A DNA stretch of 61,344 nucleotides from Octopus bimaculoides (GCF_001194135.2 NC_068992.1:47394268-47455611), one strand, 5' to 3'. Shown: positions 41,118 to 54,780, numbered from the stretch's first letter. The notes: a model not told the origin generated them from the letters alone. Numbers and translations: made by a program.

Positions 41118-41658
41118 ACCACCGCTGCTGGATGATTTTCGTCTGTTTGGGGATAAGCTTACTTGCTTTTTCAACATTGTATGTTTATAAAAGTTGCAAT
41201 CTCGAGGGGAATACTTGTGGTACGTAGGCTTTCAACGAAGTATTTGATCTTTTATGATATAAAAAATCTGTTATAATCAAATGATACCTACGTGACACGA
41301 ACGAATTTTTATTCAGCCTGCCGGCTAATTGCTACTTTGGTGAATTTTCAATTACTATTTTATAATATCAGTGACGGCTGATGTTATCTTAGCGTACGGT
41401 TATTAGAGAAACAATTGCTACTGACGAAGCTCAAAGAGATAGAAATGTATATTTATCAAAGCCACTACCGTTGCTGGACGATTTCTTAGCAATTTAACAT
41501 TGTATATATTTCCTAGCTTTTTAACACTGTGCGTCTACAAGTGATGCTATCTTGTGACGAATATCGCAGTTAGGTAGACTTTCAACTAAGTATCTGCTTT
41601 AGTGTGATATACAAGTTGTTATTTTGACCTAATACTTCTGTCGTACATAATAACTTTT
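41118..41658. repeat. Degenerate direct repeat, two ~190 bp units about 346 bp apart
   Basis: 41118-41310 versus 41464-41658 share acc.ccg.tgctgga.gattt, gcttttt.aaca.tgt, gtag.ctttcaac.aagtat.tg and tgatata. Confidence 0.6.
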
Positions 41659-42195
41659 GTATTTAATGGACAATAAAATTCTATTTACTCCTCCAAAATT
41701 TGATATGTCTCTATAAATTTATGTCACATCAGCGACTACTTCACGTGTTATTACGTATGGAGTTGATAAAATAGTACCAATTATTTACAGGGGTGAAAAT
41801 AAAATCGATTGTATAAACTTTTCTAAGAAATTTGTAATGAATTAGTCATTATTCAACAGTGTTTACAATGTTGTTAAACTCTATTGATCAATATAGAAAA
41901 CTATAGAAGTCTGTCGAAATAGTGTATCACTGTTAAATGCTATTGAGAAACGAAAACACTGTTAAGCTCTGTGACCTACTGTCTAGCGCTGAAGTACACT
42001 GCTTACCATTGCCCAACACTTTTCAATTATAAACATTGTTGACTTCATTTTTTTTAATGTTGTTTGAACTTTGATGAATAGTTATGAAGACTGTTAAAAC
42101 CTTTTGAGCAACGTAGAACCATGCATAATATCGTAGAACATCTGAGGAGACCGCAGAACAACAATTTGGAAAACTGGCAACCAATTTAGAATATA

Positions 42196-42478
42196 GACAC
42201 GTGTACCCTTAACGTAGTTCTCGGGGAGATTCAGCGTGACACACAGTGTGACAGGGTTGGCCCTTTGTATTACAGATACAACAGAAACAGGAAGCAAGAG
42301 TGAGAGAAAGTTGTGGTGAAAGAGTACAGCAGGGTTCGCCTCCTTCCCCTGCCAGAGCCTCGTGGAGCTTTAGGTATTTTCGCTCAATAAACACTCACAA
42401 CATCCAGTCTGGGAATCGAAGCCGCGAACCTACGACCAGGAGTCCACTGCCCCAACCACTGGACCATTGTGCCTCCAC
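42196..42478 (-). mobile_element. SINE family D (3' truncated)
   Basis: gacacgtgtacccttaacgtagttctcggggagattcagcgtgacac...gagtgagagaaagttgtggtgaaagagtacagcagggttcgcc, near-identical to the 20.2-20.4 kb copy. Confidence 0.82.
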
Positions 42479-42799
42479 AATGAGTCACGTAGTGAGTGTG
42501 TAATTGGCTAGGAGAACCTAAAGACTACGAGAGGTTATACTAACCGAAATATAATGGAGATATTATCACAGAACACTAAATCAATACTGGAATCAGTGAT
42601 AACCTAACAATAAATCATGTTTAATAAATTATAAATTGCAAATTATCATTACGGTCATTAATATTACTTATATATATTTTTTTTATTTTTATATTCTAGT
42701 CCGGTGTTATTAGTATATTCTGCTGAGAAATTTGTTTAATATCATTAACTCGAATATTTCTAATTGTAATTATTTTTAATCATCGCTAATTAACACTGA

Positions 42800-43667
42800 C
42801 CCCTACGGTAAAACTATTTTTAATGTAATTAATGTATTTTATCAGAATAGTAATTTTCTCCAGCAATTACTTTTTCTCTATTTAAATCATATTTTCTCGT
42901 TTCTAGTGGGATATTTTTTCTTGTCAATTACTCTCCACATTTTATATTCAGATGAAATATTTGGAATCTAGTTAGGTTTTTCTTAGAAACTTCTGGCAAT
43001 AGAAAAGTCAGTCTGCTTATTATGCATTGTAAGTGAAGAATTGACATATCTCGGGGCTAGTGAATTGCTTTCATGGACAGGTCACGTAGTTTTCAAATGA
43101 TCCTCTGTAAATTGGTTCATTTCTATAACATATACTCATCTCTACATGTAGCGCAATACTTTTATGAAAGGCAAACATTTCTTTAGCTTTCAATGAATTC
43201 GGATTCGTCCCTCGATGGCGTATTATCAAATCCTAGTCCTTGATGTATTTTAGATACCGGGTTGATATGTCATTCCAGTGTGGCGAAATTTGCGCCAGTC
43301 AGATGATGGAGTGTATTAACTCAATTTTACACATCTTCTATCAATAGATGACTTCTGATAGGGCACTGGATTTTGCAGTACAACTAATCGAATTTCTTGT
43401 AATAATTTTTTCGCTACAAATATTATATCGACTGGCTACATTTTTTACGGTTATAGCACCTATTTTATTTATGTATCTACTTATTTGAGATGATAAAGCA
43501 GTGGTCCTCCTTATATCTATGATCGATAGTCCATAGCCATATATTCCTAACCCTAGTGATCTGTAGTCACTGTGTATCGTCATGCTGTGTATTACGTAGT
43601 GTTTTCTGTAGTCGAATGGAAGAGACTTAGGTGAAACACATGCGGTAACTGTGACCCCCTTGTTCAC
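42800..43667 (-). mobile_element. Possible N-terminal part of a Penelope/Neptune-like ORF (highly decayed)
   Basis: Minus strand gives ACVSPKSL (cf. C...IPKGL), QGLGFDNTP (cf. KGL.F.PTP), MFAFHKSIAL (cf. D...F.R.LRL) and KNLT. Motifs are in the expected order but weak. Confidence 0.35.
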
Positions 43668-44391
43668 CGTAGGAGTAGATGTGACTACGATTTTGCCACC
43701 GCCAAAATCGTAGTCACATCAACGGCAGCAGCAGCAGTAACAACCAAACCCAAACCACAACCATAACACCAATGTTTACTCCACCGACAAAAGGATGCTC
43801 GCACATTCGCGCCCTCTCAAAACAATTCAGATATAGATATATGTGCATAGAGGTGCTGCAAGCCCTTTTTTTTTTTTTTCAAGAAGGTAGCAAATCATTA
43901 ATTATAAGAGGAAGACGGCCGCTGTAAGTCATCCAATTCACACACATCGTAAGGTTGGCTAAAAACCAATGACCCCCATCAGCTGTCCACTGTAACAATA
44001 ACAAGAAACAAACAAACACGCAAACAAAACGAAAATGAAACCGACAACTAGAACATCAATAACAGCAGAAAATCCATTGTTACAACAATTGAAAAGAAAG
44101 AAAGAAAGAAAAAAAGAACCGTGAATCGTAAGATGGAAGGAGGAGATAACACGTCAAAAAGATTGGAAATAGGTCAAGAAGAGATAATCAACGAAAATAC
44201 TTGCAAATTTGAAAAGCAAAGAAAGCTTTAAGAATTATGAAAATTTGAGACAAATAAGGGCAAATAAGTAATGCCGTAAATCTAAAAGTTGAAAATCGAA
44301 GTAATGAGAGAGTTATTGTCAGAAGAGGAGAATACGCATGCGTTCATACACACATACATACACACACACATACACACACATACATACACAC

Positions 44392-44422
<31 letters not shown>

Positions 44423-44789
44423 GAACTTGCCTTGTCTTAGTCCGTTCACACCATGGTTGAGTCGTAGCAGCACCGTTGTGATATACAGCGAGTCTTGGGT
44501 ATTTTTATATCTGATACAGCAACTCCAGGTTCTACTACAACTGCTTTTTACTAAAGATAGTAAGTTAGACAGACAGAAAGAGATAAAGATGAATCTGCTC
44601 CAGTGAAGAATTGATGCTATATTTATAGACACCGAAGGGATTAAAGGCAAAGATGACCTTAGGAGGATTCGAATTCAAAGAGCGGGCAAGATTACCACAA
44701 AACAATCTATACAATGAACTGACGACTACGTTTTGGCGGCCATATATAATGTTTGGTGAACAGTAAGCGTGTTAAACGAAAAAGGAGTT

Positions 44790-45600
44790 CCTGTTGTAAG
44801 TATGGGGTGTTTTTATCCACGTTAATGGCTTAAGTGTGAATTATGACTCGCATCTTCTCTCACCCAGAGATGGTCAGCAGGGTGGCATAATAAATTTAAA
44901 ATTCTAGCTCTGGGCTTTGAAATTTGTTGGCGTATAATAGTAGACGTGAGATAAGTACTCGGTAAAACAATCTACTTGAATCCCGTGGTCTCATTAGCAC
45001 ATCGAGATTTGTTGAATTTGCAAGTAATGCAGTAAATAAGGTTAGTAGAGGTACACTTAAATTACAGCTTAACTTCGAATTGGGTTTGTGAACCGATTAT
45101 AAGTTCATGACTGCAGATAAAACTCAAGGTTACCAAAATATGCTGTGACATTTGAAAGTATTGACATATGCTTTGCTAAGAGTGAAGCAATCGTAAAGAC
45201 CCTTTTTTCGGAATGGACAGAGTAGGGTAGGATGGGAGTTTGAGATTCAGAGCACAGAAACATAATGAGTCGAAAGATCGATCGTTAAACAGCAATTCTG
45301 ACGGATTAAGTGTAATAGAGAATAAAAAACTTTGTCTTCAATTACATGTATGTGGGGTACGTTTGCTGTAGCCATTTTAGTAGGTTTGAGCAAGATCGTG
45401 CTTTAGTTATACATTAGAGAAGAACAATTAAAGTATTTCTTCGGATTTAGAAAGGAAATCCAAAGCCTTGTTGCGTAGATAGGATCGGAGAATTAACCAA
45501 AAGGAGATGGCAGATGGCAATTTGATTGTAGGAAGAAGAGGAGAGTAAAGGAAATGTTGCTCGCATATGTGTGTATCAATGCGTTTATAATAAATACTCA
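44790..45600 (-). mobile_element. Penelope/Neptune-like relic: RT C-terminus and GIY-YIG endonuclease
   Basis: Minus strand gives LPYNQ (cf. IPYSQ), PFRKKGLYD (cf. AFRR.KNL.D), NFKCTSTNLIYCITC (cf. FTC.S.NVIY.I.C), ET..., CFTEYL (cf. RF.EHL). Confidence 0.62.
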
Positions 45601-45669
45601 TTTAGCTGCTATATTTACCAGGTCAGACGAACGTGTAGGAGCTTCCTCATTCGCTGACTATTAATTCAA

Positions 45670-45721
<52 letters not shown>

Positions 45722-46846
45722 CTTTTGTCCGCTGTTATCGTTATTGTTGTTTTGTTGTTTTCTCCTTACAAATAATTTAACACAACATTTAACAGACGTT
45801 CGAAGCGAATTAGTCGTATAATACGTTTTCGCCATTAATTAAATAGATTTGTTACTCTAATTATTGCCGTTTTTCTTTTTTACTTGCCTAATTATTGTTA
45901 TTGCTGGTACTGATGACGATGATGATGTTTTGATAATATAATTTCTTAATAGATTCTAAATTTTTAATATAGACGATAACTGATGTAGTGGTATTCTGTG
46001 ACGTTTGAAAAAGACGAAGCAAAGTTATAGAATCGGTGCAAATGTGCAAGGCGAGATGACAGTGGTAATTGAGAAATTATCATTATAGTGAAACGTTACA
46101 GAAACAACGATTTCGATTTAAGTATTATTAAATAGTAAATGCGAGAGGGCAGCTACAGGAGATACACAGGCACACACCCGCACGCACACACACACACATA
46201 CATACACGCACGCACACACACACACACGTCTATATATTGCATCCACTGTAGTTAGGTTAAACAAATCCGCTCTTGGGACAATCAACAAAAATGTATTCCA
46301 TCCAATGAGAGTTAAAATCAATTTAATACACAACTGAAAGAGCTGCTAATAGTTTTATGATGTTATGATACTTCAACCAGGCATACTTAGAAAATACGCT
46401 ATGTATCTCCAGGCTCTGTTTATGTTGTATATGTTTTGAGAACAAGGACACTGGACAGTGAAAAACTAAGAAAAAATTAGAAAAGCGCGAAGAAGATTGA
46501 TGCAAAAAATGGAACGAAAAGAAAGAAACCTCCACAATTAATGCAGCTGGTATAAAACAAAATAACAGAAAATATGTCAACGTCTGCGAGACAACAGCTC
46601 GTTCCTGTGCGAGTGGCATCATCCAATTCGACAAAAGAAACTTGCCCATGTGTTTGCACATGCTAAAAATTTCAGATCTGGAATTATGCAGTGTGTTAGA
46701 ATTCTTATACAATAACAGCATGCCGCTTCATTTCTTGAGTAAGATGAGAGTCTGCCATTATTATTTTCTGAAACAAAGATTATACAGTGTTAGCAAAAAA
46801 TGCAGCAATGACCCAAAAATGATATGTCCTCAAATACCTTACTCAC

Positions 46847-46918
<72 letters not shown>

Positions 46919-47171
46919 TAGTGTATTTTAAGTATAAAAAAACCTCATAACCAGCGTTTAAGAGTACCTATCTTGTGTAGCTGCCACATGTTATTATACC
47001 CCCAGGGAATGCAGAAACTCTAGTCACCGTTAAGCGTGACTATGGAGTTGGGAAACACCTACATTGCTAAAAATAAGAGCTAAGCCGTTCTATTGCTGTA
47101 GTTAACGCACATTAATGAAAACATATACATTAACAAGGACCATAATCGTCCGAAAAGTGCTGATCCAGAAT

Positions 47172-47222
47172 TCTTAATACTGACGCCAGTTTCGGCAGTT
47201 TCCGTCGCCTCATCAGTTAAGA
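47172..47222 (-). ncRNA. Minimal type I hammerhead ribozyme motif of PLE type (near-intact)
   Basis: Minus strand reads TCTTAA CTGATGA GGCG ACGGAAAC TGCC GAAAC TGGC GTC AGTA TTAAGA. Full catalytic core CUGAUGA/GAAA, 4 bp stem II starting with G-C, 2 bp stem III, GUC cleavage triplet. Stem I (TCTTAA/TTAAGA) is offset by 4 nt. Confidence 0.62.
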
Positions 47223-47339
47223 CCACTCGATTATTTGGCTCTTTCCAGACTCGCTTCACCATTAATATTTAATGTATTATTTTCGTCATCCAAGTTATTG
47301 GATGACTTAGTGATTCGCTAATGTGTATATATAAAATTA

Positions 47340-50230
47340 TCTACAGCATTAGAGCGGTTTAGCTCTTCTTTCTCTCTCGTTCATTCTTGTCATGAATGAT
47401 TTTATAGATCTTTGATAACTCATTTCAGTTGTCCTGATCTTAGAAAGAAGAATATCTGTAGCCAAGCCAATTACCAAACCGTTGTTGCACACACTTCCAG
47501 TATCTCGTGGCAGATAGAGACGGCCATTAACAATAACATTTTCTAACATATTCAGACTCACTTCTAATAAACACATAGACGGTTTCCAAAATGTAAGATA
47601 ATCTACTTGAGACGTACTCCACAGTATCAGGTGCCAGAGGGCACTCACCTCGAAAGATTTCGTGAACATATCTTTGTTTAACTTGAAATCAGTAAAACAC
47701 CGGATCGTTCCATCACATGATGTCTTCTTATAGTTTCTATCTATCTGTCTTCTAGAGTGGTGAATCTCTTTCACATCTTGCCAACTCTGTATATGCTCAT
47801 TTATATATCACCCATTATACAGAATTTATGTTAGAATAATGTATCAAAAGAAAACGTCATTTTGTGTGGGTACTACACTATTTTGAAAATATTTCGGCAA
47901 ATATTTTCTTTTGTGATATCAAAGAGATATCAATTCTGAAACGTTATTTAAGATACAGTTTCTGTAAAATAATATATTTAAGACAGAACTGTAATAAAAT
48001 AATATATTAACGAAAGTGCTTTTATTAAATAATATATTTAAGATAGATTTTTATGAAATAGTTTATTTATGATAGAGATTTTATTAAATAATATAGGAGT
48101 TTTTTATGAAATAGTATATTCTTTCTTGCCAACTCAAGTTGGCGGTATGAAATATTGGGTACATGAAATTGTGTGACAGGCGTAGTTAGAATGTAGGGCT
48201 GTAAAATCCGAGTTGATTTTTTTAAACAGTTGTAACTAATTGACAGGTACAGATTACATATTGTTAGACTTTGACCAAAATCCAAAATTAGAAAGATCAG
48301 ATTAAAGCCAATCAACATTCAGGTTCTGAAGGTCCATGAGTGGTACATGCTCTTCGACTCCAGTTTACCAGCAATATTTTGCCCAATTATTCGAGAATTG
48401 GTGTGGACTGCAGGCAGAGGACGTTTGTGTCTACCTCGACAGTTTGACGTGGCTTTCAGCTGAAAATTTGATTTTTGTTTTGAACGTCAGTAAGAGCAGC
48501 TCAGTTTCGGTTGTCAGTAAAAGATTATCCGTGTGTTAAATCGTCTGCTTTTGACTGTTTACGACACACACAAACTTACCAGACTTGTTTGACTCTCACT
48601 TGGAAAATATCAAACATAACTGGGAGCAGGTTTGGAACATTTCCAGCTGCGTTAGCTGCAATTGGTAATATTGTAGAAGAACACAAGCAAGCTGATGTCG
48701 TCAAACGTTCCCAGCTCATAACTCTGGGCGCAGAGTCTAAAAGCTTGTCTAACGTGCACGCGAAGAGGCTAGATTTGCTTTTGTTGTCAATAATGTGAAA
48801 ATGTGTGCATAGAGCTATACAATTCTAGAAAGAATTATTTGCAATCTTCTCCTTATGCAGTATATTGTATAGAAAGCAGGTAACATACCTGGGTTCAGTG
48901 GAGCCCGGATCTACTTGGGTCATCCCAAAACTTTCTGTTTACTGTTAGCATATATGCTAGCTCTCTACTGTGTCGCTTTGAGACGTTGAGTCATTTCATT
49001 TTGCGGTGGTTTTTCATCGGATGTCAGATAGTAATTTTAATTCACAGTCTCGATATGATAAGTATATCCTTTCGCATTGCTCATGTTTTAATTCTGGAGA
49101 CTTTATTATGGAACCGGTCGGAGTTCGATGCTATCTCGTTCGATCTATAGTGTGGGACAACCACATAGGCATAGGTAGATGCTGCATCAGATACCATCAG
49201 AAAGGTATACGCCATTTTGATTGTATTTGATTAAACAGAGAGGTGAGCGGCCTCCACACTGTAGGAATGAGATGAGATAACAGGTTCATGCATTAAACGG
49301 TGGGTTTGTAAATCAGTACTTGATGCAACAAGTCAAGGTTGATCGACATTGAGATTTCTGAAAAAATGTTCCTGTATGTTGTTCAGGTCTGGTTTCGATG
49401 AAAACTCTGAATGGATATGAACAGGAAAGAAGCAATGAGATTACCTACTTTATTTCACAAGATTGTCGATTTATTCCCTCTTGGTTAAGAGTGTCTAACA
49501 TCACTCGTACGCTTACTGGACATTACGTACTGAGCCTGTGAGATTACATGAAGGGAGGTTTTGAGAGTATCCTCCACTGGGGCTAAGCTAACCTTTTCTC
49601 TGTCAGTAGTGAAACGCTCAACCACTACTCCTATCACACTGTCTCTAATCGTGAGCAGTGCTCAGCTAGTGACCTCAAAGACACTCCAAATCTTGGATTT
49701 CACAACTACTGAGTGTGTCTCAGCAAATATACATCCTTATCTTGGCTCGAACTACATCGCAAAGATTGTCCCCTTTTTCAGAGTTAGAAAATATTTCAGG
49801 CTCCAACAGCTTTACTGATACCCTATACACCTCAAATGATGCCTCCGATGAATTACTGTACTCATATCTTGGATGGGGTTGCTGCTATGCACACTAATAC
49901 CCTGGACAGTTCTACCATAGTCAGAAATATATTAAACTTTATCCAAAAATGACCATCAAGTTGACATGTTATGTAAATCCGTCCAACTGCAGACATGCAG
50001 ACATGCTTTTTTCTGGTTTTTCTACTGAAACTAGATTTACTTTTTCACCTCGAAACTGGTTGCTCTGGCTGCTCCCATCTCCGCTCAGGTATTACCAACA
50101 TTCTGCTCTCATCCCACCTATTGTATCGTCGCTAACCATTACCGCAAGTTTTTCATATGAACCACTACTTTCTGGAATTTCAGCCCTGCACATGATTTCC
50201 AACTTCTCAAAAGGAACCACAGCGACGTCG
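47340..50230 (-). mobile_element. Ancient RTE-like LINE relic (APE and RT motifs), interrupted by an AT-rich insertion at about 47780-48260
   Basis: Ordered decayed motifs on the minus strand: NIF.L.KR and STAH (APE end, cf. TDHR), LGKILL and a broken LPE.QCGF (RT start), then QIDRNYKKTS, KLNKDMFTKSFEVSALW and RMNERERRAKPL (cf. EID.RI.KAS, L.TK.KVY...LS.LLY, RM...R.PK.LL). Confidence 0.45.
47948..48122. repeat. Degenerate AT-rich minisatellite (~30 bp unit)
   Basis: Recurrent aaataatatatttaaga / aaatagtttatttatga units. Confidence 0.55.
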
Positions 50231-50239
50231 CCAGTCTAC

Positions 50240-51540
50240 GGTTGCCTTTGAAATCCATGATACAGCACTTCTTCCAATGAAAAATCAACAAAAAAGTCCA
50301 ATATTCTATTCTTTATTTTAAAATGTCTTTCCGTAATCGCATGGTTCTTCATATTTTCTTTCTTTTGCTTATTTAAGATTTTATTCACTTCTGTTGTTCG
50401 GTTACATAGCATTTATTTTGTATTTGTTTATTACTTTGCAAAACAGAATGTCTTTTCATGTTCATGTTTTGTAGCTATTTGAATTAGTTTTTCAATATTC
50501 ATTACTAAAGTTTTTAGTCCTACTGTGGATATTTTATAATAGTTTTCTAGTTAAAGCTGTCTCTTACCTTCCTGCATTCGTGCTGAATAATTTTTTCTGT
50601 TTGATATTCGACTTTGTTCTCTGTGTACAGTCATTTTTTCTTGGTTTCTGTCTAGTCGTATAATTCATTTAGCGTCCAGTTGAGAATATTATAAGTATTT
50701 CTTATTATTACTGAGACAGCTGAAGTAATCATGCAGTTTTTTCTTGCATTTCGTTCAGTTTTAACTATTAAACTAATGTGTCTCTAATATTCCTTCCTAA
50801 CCTTTTCTTCTATTTGTGTGTGTTGTACACTGTCTATCTCATTAATACCTAAGTATTTGGAAGTCTGTGTTTCGTCTTATTTTCTTATCTCAGTTCCTTT
50901 ATCTAACATGACATCGGTGTTCTTAATTAATTTTTCTCTCTTTAAGATTACCTTGGAGCATTCTAGTAACCTATAGTAAAGCCGTGAAATGTCTGTTACT
51001 ATCTCTCTACTTGTTTATAATCTGCGGCGTATAAATTTAGGTCGTCCAAAATGGCTGATTGTCTTACCATAGCATTTCTATCAAAATTCAGTTGTTTCGA
51101 ATAGTGGTTGAATGTCTTAACACCAAGCTCTAAAACGTATAGAGAAAGGAGTCTCTTCTTTAATTAGAGAAAGAATTAGTTTTCATAATTTCCTCTTTCG
51201 TCTTTATCATAGTTAATGTCTCCAGGATCCACGTGTGGTGAAAATTGCTTCTGTTAGATAATCTACCAAGGTTAGGCTCTTTTACTTCCTTTCATACACT
51301 TCGATTTTAACTTTTTTGATCAGTAATTGATATTTACATGGATATGATCCTTGTCGATATCTGTTGTCAATAATTGTTTTGTTAATTCGACAGCTTAGTT
51401 GCTTTATTCACAAAGATTTTTCAGCAGTTAATGTTTTGCATGGTGTAGCAAGACAAATTTTGAATGGTGATGTTTAATGTTGTACACGGCACAATCAGAA
51501 AAGAGGAAACTAAAGATGGCATTTCACTTATCTGGGTAGC
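50240..51540 (-). mobile_element. R4/Dong-clade LINE relic (RT domain and thumb)
   Basis: Minus strand gives, in order, GSYPCKYQLLI, HTWILETL, GDS, ISHF..DDLNLYA, KLIKNT, SKYLGINE, KVRKEY, ILNWTLNEL, LENYYKISTVGL, LIQIATKHE and YHG, following the R4/Dong consensus including the YMDDLKLY-type active site. Confidence 0.8.
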
Positions 51541-54500
51541 GTAGTCAATAAAGAAGATTGAACATACCCAGAAATAAAAACATGATTCCGAAAGCTAAAA
51601 CTATTCAGGGTGCTCAGAACCATCTGGAAGTTACAGATTTTGTCAGGAGACGCAAAACGTGGGATCTTTGCCTCACGACAACCATAAAGCGGAGAAAATG
51701 GATAACAACCACTCAGTGTGTATTAGATAAAGAAACGGGTATAAGAGAATTTTAACAAACGCAAACGTACGAATTCTTGAGGATTAATTATCTGGGCAAA
51801 GTAAAGTGAAAGTTTGCAAATTAATAGTTTCAAAAGTATTTTGAACACATTTTGCTTTGATATTAAAAATAGAACTAAATGCCAAAAATAGTTTCCCTCC
51901 TTGTAATAACTAATAGCTGTAGTATTCTCAAGTGAACACTAAGCGAATGACCGAGAAATTAAATTACTCCCTTTAGAATAAACCACCTAAAAAGTGACAC
52001 CGAAGGAACATATTTACATAAATACAGAACAAGAAGCATCATTTGCTACAAGATAATTGATATAAACTTGTTATAAAATCCCATTGTGGGACTGGGACAC
52101 TGGGACAGTATATCAATACAATAATAAAGAAAGTTGCTTATCATCTAGATTGGAGTATCTAACTTTTTCTAAGAGACCGCAATTATTAAAATCAGCACTG
52201 TCTAGAAAATTCTTATAAACTCCTATTCTGATATTTTATTATCGAAATGTGATTTTCAAAGACTTTTATTATTGAAGATTTCCAATATGGCATTCAATCA
52301 AACGACTGTCTTTTTGTTACTGCTATCTTACACTTAGAGACAACGATTTTTAACGTTTCTGTTTATATTTCTTATGGAAATGAAAGGCTACACATATATT
52401 TACAGCGATACATTCTGTTCATATTTCAACAAAATGATTTCTCAAATTTATAGGCTTAATCCAGTGTCAGCCAAATTATGTCAATTCAAGTATCCTTTCA
52501 TATTTGTTGGGTGTTAAAAAAGAAATAGCAAACTGAATAAGTGGATTTCATTTACTTGTGACATTTGTACCACATAGAAACGGCATAACAACAGGTATGT
52601 CCTACCACACACACACACACACACACATGACTTCTCTTCTTTAATGATTTCGGAAAAAGTCGTATTTATTTAATGAAAATTTTCAGATGCATTTTACATG
52701 GAGTTTGGGGTTATATTGGATATTGCGCTGAAGACTTGTTTCGGAAAGGTGGAGGAGTTTTGAGTAACTCACACAACTCAGTTTGTTTCCTCATACCTTT
52801 TTGAAAACTACACAATTTTAAGAAAGTTTTTTGCAGAAATGTTTCATATTGTACATATTACGATTATGCTGGAATTCTTGCCCAAATCTTGCCCCTCTTC
52901 CTAGCAAGTCGGTAGAATAAAGTACCAGTCAAGACCAAAGATCAATAGTATTGACTCACTCCTACTCCTAAATTCCATACCTTGTGCTTCTATTTTTTTT
53001 AAAGATATTTTTCACATTTCTTTTTGCTTGTTCGACCGTATTTATCTGTTTCTCAGCAATCGTTATATCTTCCTCGTCACAAGGCGATACACTGGCGCTA
53101 CTGATTACTTTTGTTTCCAGAATAAATATATACTTGTTTCTTTTCAAAGATGAGTATAAAGCGATTCCTTCGACCATTGCCGTTGGAACCTAAGACTTGT
53201 TGCTCTTCTCGTTAATTCGGTTAACTTACGTTTCTAGTTTCCATGCCTAATATTTCTAGTTTTTTTTTTTTTTTTGGTTTTTTTTTCCAGGCAATATAGC
53301 ATACGTATAGCAAAACATAGATAATTTACCTTGGACTATTAATCGCAAGGTCTTTGTCTCAGCGTTCTCAACCGAGCAAAATTCCAGTACAGTTTTGTGG
53401 TATCCGAGATTCAATATGAATTATAAATCCAGTTTGACACCCACTGACCGCATGTCACCTGTCGTTAGTCCTGTTTTAGCTACCCGTTCGTACGAAAGTA
53501 ACAACTATCCCCAGCTCTTCATCATTTCTGATATTCTTTATTGTCGCACCCGCATTTCTTTCGCTCATGGTCAGCATAACAGTGAGAGCTGCTTGCAAGA
53601 ATGGAATTTAACACTAGCATAAGCATGGCCTCCAAAGAGGAGGTGGGGGTCTTTTATGGTGATTTCTTCTGAGGTCTCCTTTTGGTTGATCAGTAAAACT
53701 TCTTTTGAAGTTCTTCCTTCTCACCCGCTTGCTTTCTCTTTCACCTGCTGTACCTGAGGGTTTGCCACCTCTTTTACTTTTAATGAGAGCCCATGTACTA
53801 CAAAATGTCAACAAGATTTGTGAAAACATGGACACACGCGCAATATGTATGAAATATCTAAGACACCCTTATTTTGTATATCTGGTTACATAGCTAAAAA
53901 GGTAGACAGATTGATAGATATCTACAGATATGTATACATACATATGTGTATATAGATTTGGACATTTATATGCGTTCATGTACAGGTCGATATCGATAAA
54001 TACGTATGAATCTGTGTATGTATGTGTGTGTGTGTTCGCATGCGTTTTATTTTATCGGCCTTCTTGTGTCAACAAAATATAGAGCCAGGCAAATAGTAGG
54101 GTCGATATATAGTCCATTATTCGTCTCCTTTCTGTTATTTTTTCATTTCTTATAAAAGTTTTAGAGTTTATTCTTTCGCCATTTGTGTTTGTTCAAGTGT
54201 GAATTTTTGGAATTTGCAAATATTTATGTTTGTTCTATTGTCAACTCTCAGTTTTATTTTTCGTTTAACTCGTGATTTTTTGTTTTCTTTTGTAAAATAT
54301 TTCAAAATGATTGTCGAAGATTTTTGGTGCGTATCTGCTGCAATCACGTTTGTGGTTAGCACCTCCTCCGCTCCCTACAGAAGAATTTATATTGAATTAC
54401 GAGTAACAGTATTTGCAAAATGTATCAAATGTCGAAGACAAACCTTATTTTGCAACCCAAAGTAATGGAAGGGTCATTTGAATATCCCTGCAGAGCAAAA

Positions 54501-54780
54501 CTATTATTTTATATAGTAAAACGTGTTAAAATTTTAAAATTCTCTGGTGCTACGTTACAGGTTTCCAACACCACTAACATTACTACCAACAACAACAACA
54601 ACAACACCGACAACAGCAAAACTACTCACACGATCAACACCACCGACACCGAATATAAAGACAACGTTTTTCCAATCAATAATAACTAACAACAACGCCC
54701 AGCATCAGAAACACCACCACGAACGACAATAAAAACAATATCAGCAACATCTACAACTGAAACAAGAACGACAATAGTAA

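Noticed and set aside
51558-51755. Plus-strand ORF containing KRRKW, resembling an R4/Dong ORF N-terminus next to the minus-strand RT relic (possible 5' inversion)
   Set aside because: A single short motif; cannot distinguish from chance.
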